A DNA stretch of 43,281 nucleotides from a virus (IMGVR_UViG_3300028585_000009:1-43281), one strand, 5' to 3'. Counted from the first letter of the stretch, positions 1 through 7,589 are shown. Translations and numbers: made by a program. Notes: a model not told the origin generated them from the letters alone.

Positions 1-127
1 TACGTCATCCATCAGATGCCACCTGCAAGCTGTGTCAGGGCGTTGTTCCCGCCCATGTCGGTTTCGCTGAGCAGCTTAGCGCCTTCAGCGATCTGCGCCA
101 TCTGCTGGGTCTGCTGCGCCTGGGCTG
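1..127. repeat. 127-bp terminal overlap, left copy (circular assembly)
   Basis: Identical to 43155-43281; joining the ends gives a TGATG stop/start overlap between the portal and the 42834..43166 gene. Confidence 0.95.
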
Positions 128-1706
128 CGGCGTCAGCGCGGCCCTGCCGAATCGCAGCCACTTCCTTCTCGTCACGCAGCACCCGCGGGTCAACGCCAAC
201 GGCGGTGTAGTAGGACGAGACTGCGGCGTCGACGTTGATCAGGTCGGCGACGTCGGGGAACGACTGCGCCAGGCTGCCGGTGAAGGCGAACGCGCGCTCG
301 ATGGTGCTGGCGCCGATCTGCTTGGAAGCCTGAGCGAGAATGCTGGTGTACTCGACGCGCAGATCCATACCAACGAGTTCCTGAGGCGGTGGCGGGATCA
401 ACGGGCGGCCCTGCACCAGGCCGTTCCAGATGGGCAGCGACTGTTCGAACATCATGTTGAAAGTTACGTCGATGATCAGGTCCAGCAGTTCATCGTTCTG
501 GCGCTCTAGCACAGGGCCGAGCATCAGCATCTTCTCTTCCTTGCGCGCCAGTATCTCGGTCGCGGTGCGCACGTTGTCCATGCGGCTGATCATCAGGAAC
601 AGGTCAACATAGAACGCTTCGTCAATGCGCCGCTCGGACTCCTGAATCTTGGAAGCAATGGCCGGCATGGCTCGCGTGTCGACTTGGAACAGCGGCTTTG
701 CCTCGATACCGATCTGGCTGTCGGTGATGTACGTGACGCCACCGGGCAGAAGAGAGACACCGCCCTGATTGCGCAGCGATGCGGGCACAGCGAGTGGCGG
801 ACTTACCACCTTGTCAACCAGCTGGTGAGAGCGCAGTTCAGCCAGCTGCAGCGCCTTCACGTCGCCGATGCAGGTAGACCCCGGCCCCTTGCCATACACG
901 TTGTCGCCTTTCACGTCCCAGCGCGCGGCCATGACGTTGAAGCGGTTCAGGCCTGAGCTGCGCAGCACCTTGTTGCGGTCGCTGCCACGCTCCCAGTAGA
1001 CAGACCGGTACTTCATCCGGGTGTTGTGCTGTGCGCGGCCTGGGCGGTAGTTGTCGTTCGGCTCGATCGCGTGACAGACACATACCCACGTCTCTGTACC
1101 CTTCTCCAGCAGCTGCTTGGTTGTGGGGCTCAGGTTGTCTTTGCCGAACTGCTGGGCCATCTGCCGTGGGGTCATGTGGAAATCGCGATACAGCACGTCC
1201 ACCTTCTGCCGACTGCTGGTGGCCAGCATGTAGGTGCCCACGGTGAAGTTGTAGAACCGCACTACTTCGTCGTCGTCGGCAACTGCGCAGATCACGCCTT
1301 GACCGAAAACGCCCTGCTCCCCGTAACAGGTGGGCAGGGCGTTGTAGAGGTTGGAACGAACGAAGATGCCTTCCATGACCTTCTGCACGGTGAACAGCCA
1401 GTTGCGTACCGGGCCGTACTCGTTGAGGCCTGGGTCTGGCGCTTCCAGCTTGAACCAGGGCGATGCTGGGTTGGTCATGCCCGAGTGCATGCCGGCGGCC
1501 AGGATCTGCGCCGCCATCGTCGGGCTGTTGTTGATGATGCGATCGCCGCGCCGCTTGCCGTCGTTCATCTTCTCGCCTTCGAAGCGGCCGGCGGTTGGCT
1601 CGATGTAGTCGCGCAGCTCTTTCCACGGCTCAATCCAGCTCTCGCGCTCGGCGTGCAGCTGGGTGCGGCGGGACTCGAGCTGTTCGCGAAGAGTCTGGTT
1701 TTCCAT
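12..1706 (-). CDS. Portal (head-to-tail connector), BPP-1/T7 gp8-like
   Basis: 564 aa; LAAGMHSGMTNPASPWF, YGKGPG and RTATEILARKEEKMLMLGPVL motifs; position after terminase. Confidence 0.92.
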   Translation of the reverse strand: MENQTLREQLESRRTQLHAERESWIEPWKELRDYIEPTAGRFEGEKMNDGKRRGDRIINNSPTMAAQILAAGMHSGMTNPASPWFKLEAPDPGLNEYGPVRNWLFTVQKVMEGIFVRSNLYNALPTCYGEQGVFGQGVICAVADDDEVVRFYNFTVGTYMLATSSRQKVDVLYRDFHMTPRQMAQQFGKDNLSPTTKQLLEKGTETWVCVCHAIEPNDNYRPGRAQHNTRMKYRSVYWERGSDRNKVLRSSGLNRFNVMAARWDVKGDNVYGKGPGSTCIGDVKALQLAELRSHQLVDKVVSPPLAVPASLRNQGGVSLLPGGVTYITDSQIGIEAKPLFQVDTRAMPAIASKIQESERRIDEAFYVDLFLMISRMDNVRTATEILARKEEKMLMLGPVLERQNDELLDLIIDVTFNMMFEQSLPIWNGLVQGRPLIPPPPQELVGMDLRVEYTSILAQASKQIGASTIERAFAFTGSLAQSFPDVADLINVDAAVSSYYTAVGVDPRVLRDEKEVAAIRQGRADAAAQAQQTQQMAQIAEGAKLLSETDMGGNNALTQLAGGI

Positions 1707-1709
1707 GGG

Positions 1710-2006
1710 TTACTGCCCCAGTAATTGCTTGCCGCTGTTGTTGTTCCCGCCCAGGCCAGCGGCACCGGTGAGGATGGTGGAGCTCTGACCAGCGGCACCA
1801 GCACGACGGCGGCGCTCTGCCTCGCGCGCTGCACTGACTGCCTCGCTGTCCATCGTCGGGGCAGACCCTGCTCGCGCGTCGGACATCGCCTCACGGTCTA
1901 GCGCCGCCTGCTTTTCCTGCTGCTTTTGCGCCGCCTCGGCCTGCGTTCCCCACACGTCCATCGGGTCGAGTACCTTCGTGCCCAGAATTTTCTTGACGCT
2001 GCTCAT
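1710..2006 (-). CDS. Small virion/tail assembly protein (T7 gp7.3-like position)
   Basis: 98 aa ending STILTG...KQLLGQ, directly upstream of portal. Confidence 0.6.
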   Translation of the reverse strand: MSSVKKILGTKVLDPMDVWGTQAEAAQKQQEKQAALDREAMSDARAGSAPTMDSEAVSAAREAERRRRAGAAGQSSTILTGAAGLGGNNNSGKQLLGQ

Positions 2007-2449
2007 GCTGTTCTTCTCCTGATGATTTTGAATTGGTGCAGGTCAGTCCCATCGGGCGCGCCGGCCTCAATCACGCTTTCGAATCGGTACCCAAGAGCCC
2101 GGAGGAACGCACAGGCTGTGCGGTCATCTGCTCGGGCGCTCGCCTCTATCCTATGCGCCCCGCTCTCTGCAATCCATTTCTCTGATTGAGCGCGCATTGT
2201 ACGCACAAGCTCCACGCCGCACCCCTTCGCAGCCAGCCGGTCGACCAGTGCAAAGGCACCAGCCACGCCCGGCATGCTGGAAACATAGCCCATGCAGCAG
2301 ATCAGCACGTCGCCCTGCCAGATAGATCGCAGCCCGTGCACACAAAGCTCGGCATCTTCGCCCAGCAGCAGGAAAGGATCGAACGCACCATTGCGGACAG
2401 CAGCAAGATCGCCAGGGCGATAGGCGCGTAACTCAAGCGAAAGGGTCAT
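2003..2449 (-). CDS. GNAT-fold acetyltransferase-like protein
   Basis: 148 aa with RIEASARADDRTACAFLRALGYRFE motif; between terL and portal. Confidence 0.65.
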   Translation of the reverse strand: MTLSLELRAYRPGDLAAVRNGAFDPFLLLGEDAELCVHGLRSIWQGDVLICCMGYVSSMPGVAGAFALVDRLAAKGCGVELVRTMRAQSEKWIAESGAHRIEASARADDRTACAFLRALGYRFESVIEAGAPDGTDLHQFKIIRRRTA

Positions 2450-3935
2450 AGTCCACCTGGGCGCCGAACTGGTTGGTATGGGCGTTGCGCCATTCCTTGG
2501 CCTGGCTGGCCAGCTTCATCACCGGCATGGTGAAAGTCAGCGCCAGCGCGTCGCAGTCGTCTGGGGAAATGCCCAGCCGCTTCTTGATCTCGTCCTTCTT
2601 CTCGAGCGCCAGCTGGTCGGTGTTGTTGTGGCCGTACTCCGGCGCCGTCATCTCGGCTTCCAGTTCAGGCGAGCTCTCGATCGCCAGGCCCGAACGAAGC
2701 GACTCACGCAGCTGCCACCAGATGTACGAACGCATGTTCGCGTAATGCCGATCTGGCGCCTTCATGGCGAAGTTCACGTCGATGATGGTGACGCCGGGCA
2801 TCAGGCGTCGCAGCTGGTCAGCAACCGGGCCACCGACACCGGTGCTGTCTACGAATACGGCGTCCGGTTCGTGATCCTTCACCAGCGTGCACACCTTGGC
2901 GATGAACAGCGTGGTGTCGCGCGTCTCGCTGCCTGGTATGCGCACCGGCGGGATGGTTCGGGCGTCCATGCCGCGCCGGAACCGGATCACGTTGTTGTCG
3001 TTGCCGCCGCGGGCAATGTCGATGCCGCAGATCAATGGGTCTTCCAGGCTGTACACGGCTTCGCGCCGCATTGCTTCGGCCACCCAGTCGTTCGGGATCA
3101 GCTGCAGGCTGGACGCCCGCGGGAACATGCCGCGGACACGGACGCGGAAGATGTCACTGTCTTCGCCGAAGTCCTGGCGCCACTTTTCGATTTCGGCCTT
3201 GTTCGTGCCGTCCACGGTGCGGCTGTCGATCTGTTTGCCGTTCCAGCGGTGTTTATACCGAGTGAAGCATTCACGGAAGCGCCCTGTGTTCCGCGTTGGG
3301 TTGCCGAAGGCGATCCAGATGATCTCTGTGTTCTCGTCCGTCAGCGCGCCCTGCGCCACCTCCCATACCTTGTCGCTGATGTTCGATGCTTCGTCGAAGA
3401 TCAGAACGATGCGCTTGCCCTTGTTGTGCAGGCCGGCGAATGCCTCGGTGTTGCTGTCGCTCCACGGCACCGCGTCTGCCCGCCAGGAACGGGCGTGGTC
3501 AGGGTCAACCGACGAGATCGACGTGGCCGTCACGTTGAACCAATGGGAGTTGATCGCCAAGCGGAACCACTTGCTCACCTCGGGCCAGGTCTTGGTCAGC
3601 AGCTGCTTTTCAGTGTTGGCCGTTACGATGACTTTGCAGTCTTCGCAGGTGGACATTGCCCAATTGATGATCTTGCTGATGGCTGCCGACTTGCCGATAC
3701 CGTGACCAGATGCCCGGGCAACCAGCAGGGGCTGGAAGCGTGTGACCGGGTTCTGCAGGTGCTGGTCAATCTCACGATAAAGATCGTCCTGCCACTCGCG
3801 CGGGCCTTCTGCGTCCTGTAGCTCGCCCTCTTCCTGCCAGGGGAATGCGTAGCGGGCGAAGCCCTGCAGGTTGTGTGTGAAACCGGCGATGTCGCTGATC
3901 AGCTGGTCTTCGGGGTCGATATCAAGTTCGTTCAT
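2433..3935 (-). CDS. terL: Terminase large subunit
   Basis: Walker A SGHGIGKS, Walker B LIFDEA, coupling motif FGNPT, nuclease GIDIARGGND and SPDDCDALAL. Confidence 0.95.
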   Translation of the reverse strand: MNELDIDPEDQLISDIAGFTHNLQGFARYAFPWQEEGELQDAEGPREWQDDLYREIDQHLQNPVTRFQPLLVARASGHGIGKSAAISKIINWAMSTCEDCKVIVTANTEKQLLTKTWPEVSKWFRLAINSHWFNVTATSISSVDPDHARSWRADAVPWSDSNTEAFAGLHNKGKRIVLIFDEASNISDKVWEVAQGALTDENTEIIWIAFGNPTRNTGRFRECFTRYKHRWNGKQIDSRTVDGTNKAEIEKWRQDFGEDSDIFRVRVRGMFPRASSLQLIPNDWVAEAMRREAVYSLEDPLICGIDIARGGNDNNVIRFRRGMDARTIPPVRIPGSETRDTTLFIAKVCTLVKDHEPDAVFVDSTGVGGPVADQLRRLMPGVTIIDVNFAMKAPDRHYANMRSYIWWQLRESLRSGLAIESSPELEAEMTAPEYGHNNTDQLALEKKDEIKKRLGISPDDCDALALTFTMPVMKLASQAKEWRNAHTNQFGAQVDYDPFA

Positions 3936-4669
3936 TCGTCCTGCGCCTCGTCATCCGCCGGCCGCGTGCCGGGTTTCTCGCCAGTGACACGCTTGCGGGC
4001 CTTGGCCACACGATCGGCCAGGCCGTACTTCACGTTGATATCCACCTTGTCGACGAACATGCCCAGGTGCCTGGCTGCGTTGTCCAGCGCCCGGCTGGGC
4101 TCACGGAACTTGATCTCGACGCCGCCTCCGCGCAGCTGCTTGATCGAAGAGATCATGCGGCGCTGTGCCTTCGTCAGGTCGCGGCTGTCAGCCATGAACA
4201 CCTTTTCGATGCCCTCGCCGTGGCATTCCGGGCACTTGTGGTTAGGCCTGGCTGTCTCGTTGAATCCGATACCGCCGCGGGGCGATGGCTTCTGTCCTGA
4301 GCCGCTTCCCTCGGCGTTGGCCAGCAGCTCGTCCCACTCCGATTGCCTGTACTGGTAGCGGAACCCTTTGCCGTGGCAGTAGCGGCAGCAGACGCGCCTG
4401 ATCTGGGATATCTCGACGGGATCGAAGTTGGCCTCAGCCCACCACATTTCCAGGATCTTGTCGGCGCTGATGTCGACGCGCTCGCTGCGCTCTTCCTGTA
4501 ACCGGCGGATCTCGGCGATCACCTCCGGGTCTTTCATCAGCCTGTTGGCTGACCGCCACGCCCCCGACTTCGCATAGCCCGCATTAAGCGCTGCCTGGGT
4601 TGCGTTGGCGTTGGGCTCCGCCACGAATGCCGCGGCGAAATCCATTTTCATGGAACGACCGCTGACCAT
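3932..4669 (-). CDS. terS: Terminase small subunit with Cys-rich insert
   Basis: NATQAALNAGY HTH, C-terminal ALDNAARHLGMF; CCRYC and CPEC insert; start may be 4651. Confidence 0.85.
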   Translation of the reverse strand: MVSGRSMKMDFAAAFVAEPNANATQAALNAGYAKSGAWRSANRLMKDPEVIAEIRRLQEERSERVDISADKILEMWWAEANFDPVEISQIRRVCCRYCHGKGFRYQYRQSEWDELLANAEGSGSGQKPSPRGGIGFNETARPNHKCPECHGEGIEKVFMADSRDLTKAQRRMISSIKQLRGGGVEIKFREPSRALDNAARHLGMFVDKVDINVKYGLADRVAKARKRVTGEKPGTRPADDEAQDE

Positions 4670-5047
4670 TTACGTGTTCGCCCAGTGACGTACCAGCTCG
4701 CGGAAGATCGGCGCCAGCCCGATGAAGGTGACCATCACACCGCCCACCCACATGATGCCCTTGGCGAAGGCCATAAACTTCTCTTGCTGACCCTTCAGCT
4801 CGCTGACCTGGACCATCTGTCGCGTGGACAGCTCTTTGAACTCGGCCGCCATGGTGACGCCCAGCCCGCGGGTGATCTCGGTTATCTGCTCCACCTGGCT
4901 CTTCATCTGCTCGAGCGTGTGCTCGGCCGAAGCCATGCGGTGCGGAAGGCGCTCGTTCTCCAGCTGGGTGAGCCGGTGCTCAAGCAGGATCAGCTGCTGC
5001 TGCCCCAATTGCCTGCGCTCTGCGTCCATTGGTTCGTCCTCAGTCAT
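4670..5047 (-). CDS. Coiled-coil protein with C-terminal transmembrane helix
   Basis: 125 aa; heptad-rich, then GIMWVGGVMVTFIGLAPIF; GGGAG RBS. Confidence 0.7.
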   Translation of the reverse strand: MTEDEPMDAERRQLGQQQLILLEHRLTQLENERLPHRMASAEHTLEQMKSQVEQITEITRGLGVTMAAEFKELSTRQMVQVSELKGQQEKFMAFAKGIMWVGGVMVTFIGLAPIFRELVRHWANT

Positions 5048-5075
5048 ACAGCTCCCCGTGCCGCTCGAAATCGAT

Positions 5076-5106
5076 CAATAAAAAACCCGACGCTCGGCCG
5101 GGTTGT
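5076..5106 (-). terminator. Intrinsic terminator upstream of late genes (tR'-like)
   Basis: AACCCGGC-cgagc-GTCGGGTT followed by a T-tract on the minus strand. Confidence 0.75.
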
Positions 5107-5144
5107 TGTGTTCTGTTGCGCGCTACAGCCGACAGATGTTGCTG

Positions 5145-5173
5145 ATCGTACTGTCATCGGGCCACAGCGGCAA
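5145..5173 (-). promoter_or_regulatory. Sigma70-type promoter, candidate late promoter (pR'-like)
   Basis: TTGCCG (5173-5168), 17-bp spacer, TACGAT (5150-5145). Confidence 0.6.
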
Positions 5174-5176
5174 CGA

Positions 5177-5269
5177 TCACGCTTGATCGTCGGCCAGGTC
5201 GTCAAGTTGCTCGAGCTCAGCGGCTGCGAGCTCAAGGTCTTGGATCGCCTCCGCGAGCTCTTCGTTCAT
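5177..5269 (-). CDS. 30-aa acidic peptide (not in ORF track)
   Basis: MNEELAEAIQDLELAAAELEQLDDLADDQA; ATGA overlap with upstream gene stop. Confidence 0.5.
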   Translation of the reverse strand: MNEELAEAIQDLELAAAELEQLDDLADDQA

Positions 5270-5484
5270 TGCGGTGCGACTGCCGGTGCGGTCATGGCTT
5301 CGAAGTCAGCCACGGACATGACGCCAACGGTGAGAACGATCAGCTCGCCCTCTTCCAGGCTCTGAATCTTCGATTGCTTGAGCAGGTCAGCGGCTTCCTG
5401 CACGGCGTACTGCAGCGCGTTGCCGTTGCCTGCGACTTCGCAGACCTGGCGGTCGACGGAGTAAACGAGAGCGGGTTTCTTCAT
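5266..5484 (-). CDS. Hypothetical protein
   Basis: 72 aa, GAAGG RBS, operon context. Confidence 0.7.
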   Translation of the reverse strand: MKKPALVYSVDRQVCEVAGNGNALQYAVQEAADLLKQSKIQSLEEGELIVLTVGVMSVADFEAMTAPAVAPQ

Positions 5485-5516
5485 GGGTGGTCGCCTTCAG
5501 TTCTTGGGTTGGCCGG

Positions 5517-5906
5517 TTACTGCTGGTCAGCAGCAAGCTGGCATTTCAGATGGTAACCCATCAGCGGCCAGATCTTTTGCACCGCATTCTGCCTGGCGAT
5601 ATTGCGACCGATCTCAGCGTCAAAGTTCTCAGGGCTTGCACAGGCGCTCTCGCCGGTCACGGTGAAACCGTTGCGCAGCACCAAAACGCAGAAGGTCAGC
5701 AGGTGGAGCGCATCGGGCGTAGCGCGGGAAGCAGCTGCGTTCAGCGCACCACCGGAAAAGGCTGCATCTTCCACCGCTTTGGAATCGCCCTGGCCTGCAG
5801 TGAAATAGTGCTCACTAGAGATGTTCGCCTCGACGTCATCCGGAGTGATGCGCGGAGCGGTCAGCCCCTTGCTCTGGATTTCCTGCTCAATCGCTTTGTC
5901 GTTCAT
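5517..5906 (-). CDS. Phage N4 gp49/Sf6 gp66 family protein (candidate Acb4-like nucleotide sponge)
   Basis: APRIT...LTFCVLVLRNGFTVTGESACASPENFDAEIGRNIA...IWPLMGY; start at 5906 after GAAGGTGA RBS. Confidence 0.8.
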   Translation of the reverse strand: MNDKAIEQEIQSKGLTAPRITPDDVEANISSEHYFTAGQGDSKAVEDAAFSGGALNAAASRATPDALHLLTFCVLVLRNGFTVTGESACASPENFDAEIGRNIARQNAVQKIWPLMGYHLKCQLAADQQ

Positions 5907-5960
5907 GGAATCACCTTCTCGGTTGGTGGGAACTGCGAAGGTCGTGAGCATAGTCCGCGG

Positions 5961-5992
5961 GCAAGAAAAAGCCCAGCGCGGTGGCTGGGCTC
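5961..5992 (-). terminator. Intrinsic terminator closing the structured RNA region
   Basis: GAGCCCAGC-caccgc-GCTGGGCTT followed by TTTCTT. Confidence 0.85.
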
Positions 5993-5997
5993 GTTCT

Positions 5998-6167
5998 GAT
6001 GCTGATGGCCGGTGCTGATCTCCGGCTTGCTGACCTTGTACATATCCGCCAAATACGCCCGCTACCGTTGCCGCCTAAGCGGTGTGGCTTTACATAAACT
6101 TAGTCGATTACGCTCGCCAGCTTGCGGCGACCCAACTAGCCCATCAGCCTGGGCATTCATCTGCATC
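5998..6167 (-). ncRNA. Putative structured RNA domain with kissing-loop pseudoknot
   Basis: Closing stem GAUGCAGAUG/CAUCAGCAUC; hairpins GCCC-AGGCUGAU-GGGC and GCCGG-AGAUCAGCA-CCGGC whose loops are complementary (GCUGAU/AUCAGC); terminator immediately 3'. Confidence 0.6.
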
Positions 6168-6171
6168 GGTC

Positions 6172-6316
6172 ATCACCCGGTGGCGTCTGCTGATCCCCTG
6201 CACCGTCGCGCAGTTCGGGATTTTGTCAGCGGAGGTGCGCACCCTGCTATCGCACACTGGGTGATGACCGATACAGCCTGGCATCCACCAGGTGCATCGG
6301 CCTCGTCTTTCCGAGG
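6172..6316 (-). ncRNA. Tandem hairpins upstream of the kissing-loop domain
   Basis: CCUCG-GAAAGA-CGAGG (6301-6316); hairpin 6266-6302; branched hairpin 6172-6265; alternative 22-bp stem 6161-6182/6255-6276. Confidence 0.5.
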
Positions 6317-6324
6317 TGTAACGC

Positions 6325-6366
6325 GGCGAGCAAAGACAACGAGAAGGCGACCAAGCCGGAGCAACC
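6325..6366 (-). ncRNA. Candidate multi-target anti-RBS antisense segment
   Basis: Minus strand GGUUGCUCCGGCUUGGUCGCCUUCUCGUUGUCUUUGCUCGCC is complementary to 8-17 nt just upstream of about eleven start codons in this genome. Confidence 0.45.
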
Positions 6367-6392
6367 GCGTGCCGCAGAGGTTAGGCGGGCGC

Positions 6393-6851
6393 TCAGGCAA
6401 GGTCAAGCGCTGGCTGATGCACTTCGCTGGCCTTGGCGCTCAGATCAGTCACGTTCGCCAACACACAGCCCTCTTCGGCGTAGCGCTTCGAGACGATCAG
6501 CTCGACCACCTGCACGTCGTCAACCCACACGACGCCGTTGAACGCATCACAGATCGCCTTTACGACGTTATCGATGTCCGGCTTCTTAGTCGGCCAGATT
6601 TCACCGCTAAGGCACTTCGCACGCTTACCCTTGGGGTAGCTAGCGGGTACTCCGAGATATAACTCCAGGCGCAGCTCCACGGGTCCAGAAAGCGGCTCCA
6701 TTCCACGCATCGAAGCCAGGGCCTCGTCTTTGACGTGGTTTTCGTACGATTTCGTCTTAGCAGGCGTGAACATCCGCGCATGCCCACCGATGGTGCTGAC
6801 GCGCGGCCGGCCCTTCCCGACCGGCTCGCCTGGCATGCAGATCGTGATCAT
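6393..6851 (-). CDS. rusA: RusA-family Holliday junction resolvase
   Basis: PVGKGRPR and KKPDIDNVVKAICDAFNGVVWVDDVQV; start 6851 with GGAG RBS. Confidence 0.9.
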   Translation of the reverse strand: MITICMPGEPVGKGRPRVSTIGGHARMFTPAKTKSYENHVKDEALASMRGMEPLSGPVELRLELYLGVPASYPKGKRAKCLSGEIWPTKKPDIDNVVKAICDAFNGVVWVDDVQVVELIVSKRYAEEGCVLANVTDLSAKASEVHQPALDLA

Positions 6852-7036
6852 TGCAGAGTCTCCGTCTTCTCGGCCGGATTGGTGGATGCAAATACTGACT
6901 CGAAGTCGTAATCGCCGTCTGGATTGCAATCGCAGCTCTTGCCAGGCGAGCAGCAGGTCTCCCCGCTTTCCAGCTCCCAGCGAGTTCCGCACACCTCGCA
7001 AACCCAGCCAGTTCCCGAGCATCGCGAGCACGTCAT
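6848..7036 (-). CDS. Small Cys-rich (zinc-binding) protein
   Basis: CSRC, CEVC, CC, CDC in 62 aa; ATGA overlaps on both sides. Confidence 0.65.
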   Translation of the reverse strand: MTCSRCSGTGWVCEVCGTRWELESGETCCSPGKSCDCNPDGDYDFESVFASTNPAEKTETLQ

Positions 7037-7170
7037 CCCTCGATCCTCGCGTCTGGCCAGATCAAGCGCGCTGCCTTCTGCGCCTGCGCCTTGCTCATGG
7101 GCTCACCCACGATCTGGAATCGGTGGCCAGCAGCGCACACCGTCCAGCTGTTGCGCAGGTTCAGGGCCAT
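7033..7170 (-). CDS. 45-aa hypothetical protein (not in ORF track)
   Basis: MALNLRNSWTVCAAGHRFQIVGEPMSKAQAQKAARLIWPDARIEG; fills the gap and overlaps both neighbours. Confidence 0.55.
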   Translation of the reverse strand: MALNLRNSWTVCAAGHRFQIVGEPMSKAQAQKAARLIWPDARIEG

Positions 7171-7454
7171 AGGGCCGCCCCAATCTCCACCGCTGCAGCC
7201 GCCGCGGCACACAGGCCGAGTACGCCAGAAGCCCAGCGCAACCTGCGCAGCTCTTCGCCGGCGATCTGGTTCGCCTGGGCCAACACAAGGCCCTGCTCTG
7301 CCATCTTGGACACCAGGGTTTCAGACACTTCCAGCTGGTCACGAAGCCTTGTCCACCAGATGGCAGCCCCAAGCTCAGGGGTGTAGACCACCAATCTCAG
7401 CCCCTTCAGTGCCTCATTCCTTTTCTTCATGGTTTCCTGCTTTGCCATGACCAT
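7161..7454 (-). CDS. Hypothetical protein with C-terminal hydrophobic helix
   Basis: 97 aa, operon context. Confidence 0.55.
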   Translation of the reverse strand: MVMAKQETMKKRNEALKGLRLVVYTPELGAAIWWTRLRDQLEVSETLVSKMAEQGLVLAQANQIAGEELRRLRWASGVLGLCAAAAAAVEIGAALWP

Positions 7455-7457
7455 CGC

Positions 7458-7589
7458 TCATACCCCCTGAAACAGACCCGCAATAAGCACCAATACAATG
7501 CAAATCACGGTGGTGATCAATCCGCTGGTAAATACCACCGCGGCCCAAGTACCGGCCATAACGGCCAGGAACAGCGCAAAAAGTTTCAT
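7458..7589 (-). CDS. 43-aa membrane peptide (not in ORF track)
   Basis: MKLFALFLAVMAGTWAAVVFTSGLITTVICIVLVLIAGLFQGV; ATGA overlap with 7586..7780. Confidence 0.55.
   Translation of the reverse strand: MKLFALFLAVMAGTWAAVVFTSGLITTVICIVLVLIAGLFQGV

Noticed and set aside
5998-6167. tRNA or tmRNA gene
   Set aside because: No GTTC T-loop, anticodon arm, CCA end or tag-peptide frame
6359-6375. Sigma54 promoter on the minus strand (CGGCACGCGGTTGCT)
   Set aside because: GG to GC spacing is 9 nt, not the required 10
6012-6662. Protein-coding ORFs across the structured region (6012..6662 +, 6082..6264 +, 6173..6406 -)
   Set aside because: No convincing RBS, atypical composition, overlap with rusA; dense base-pairing fits non-coding RNA better
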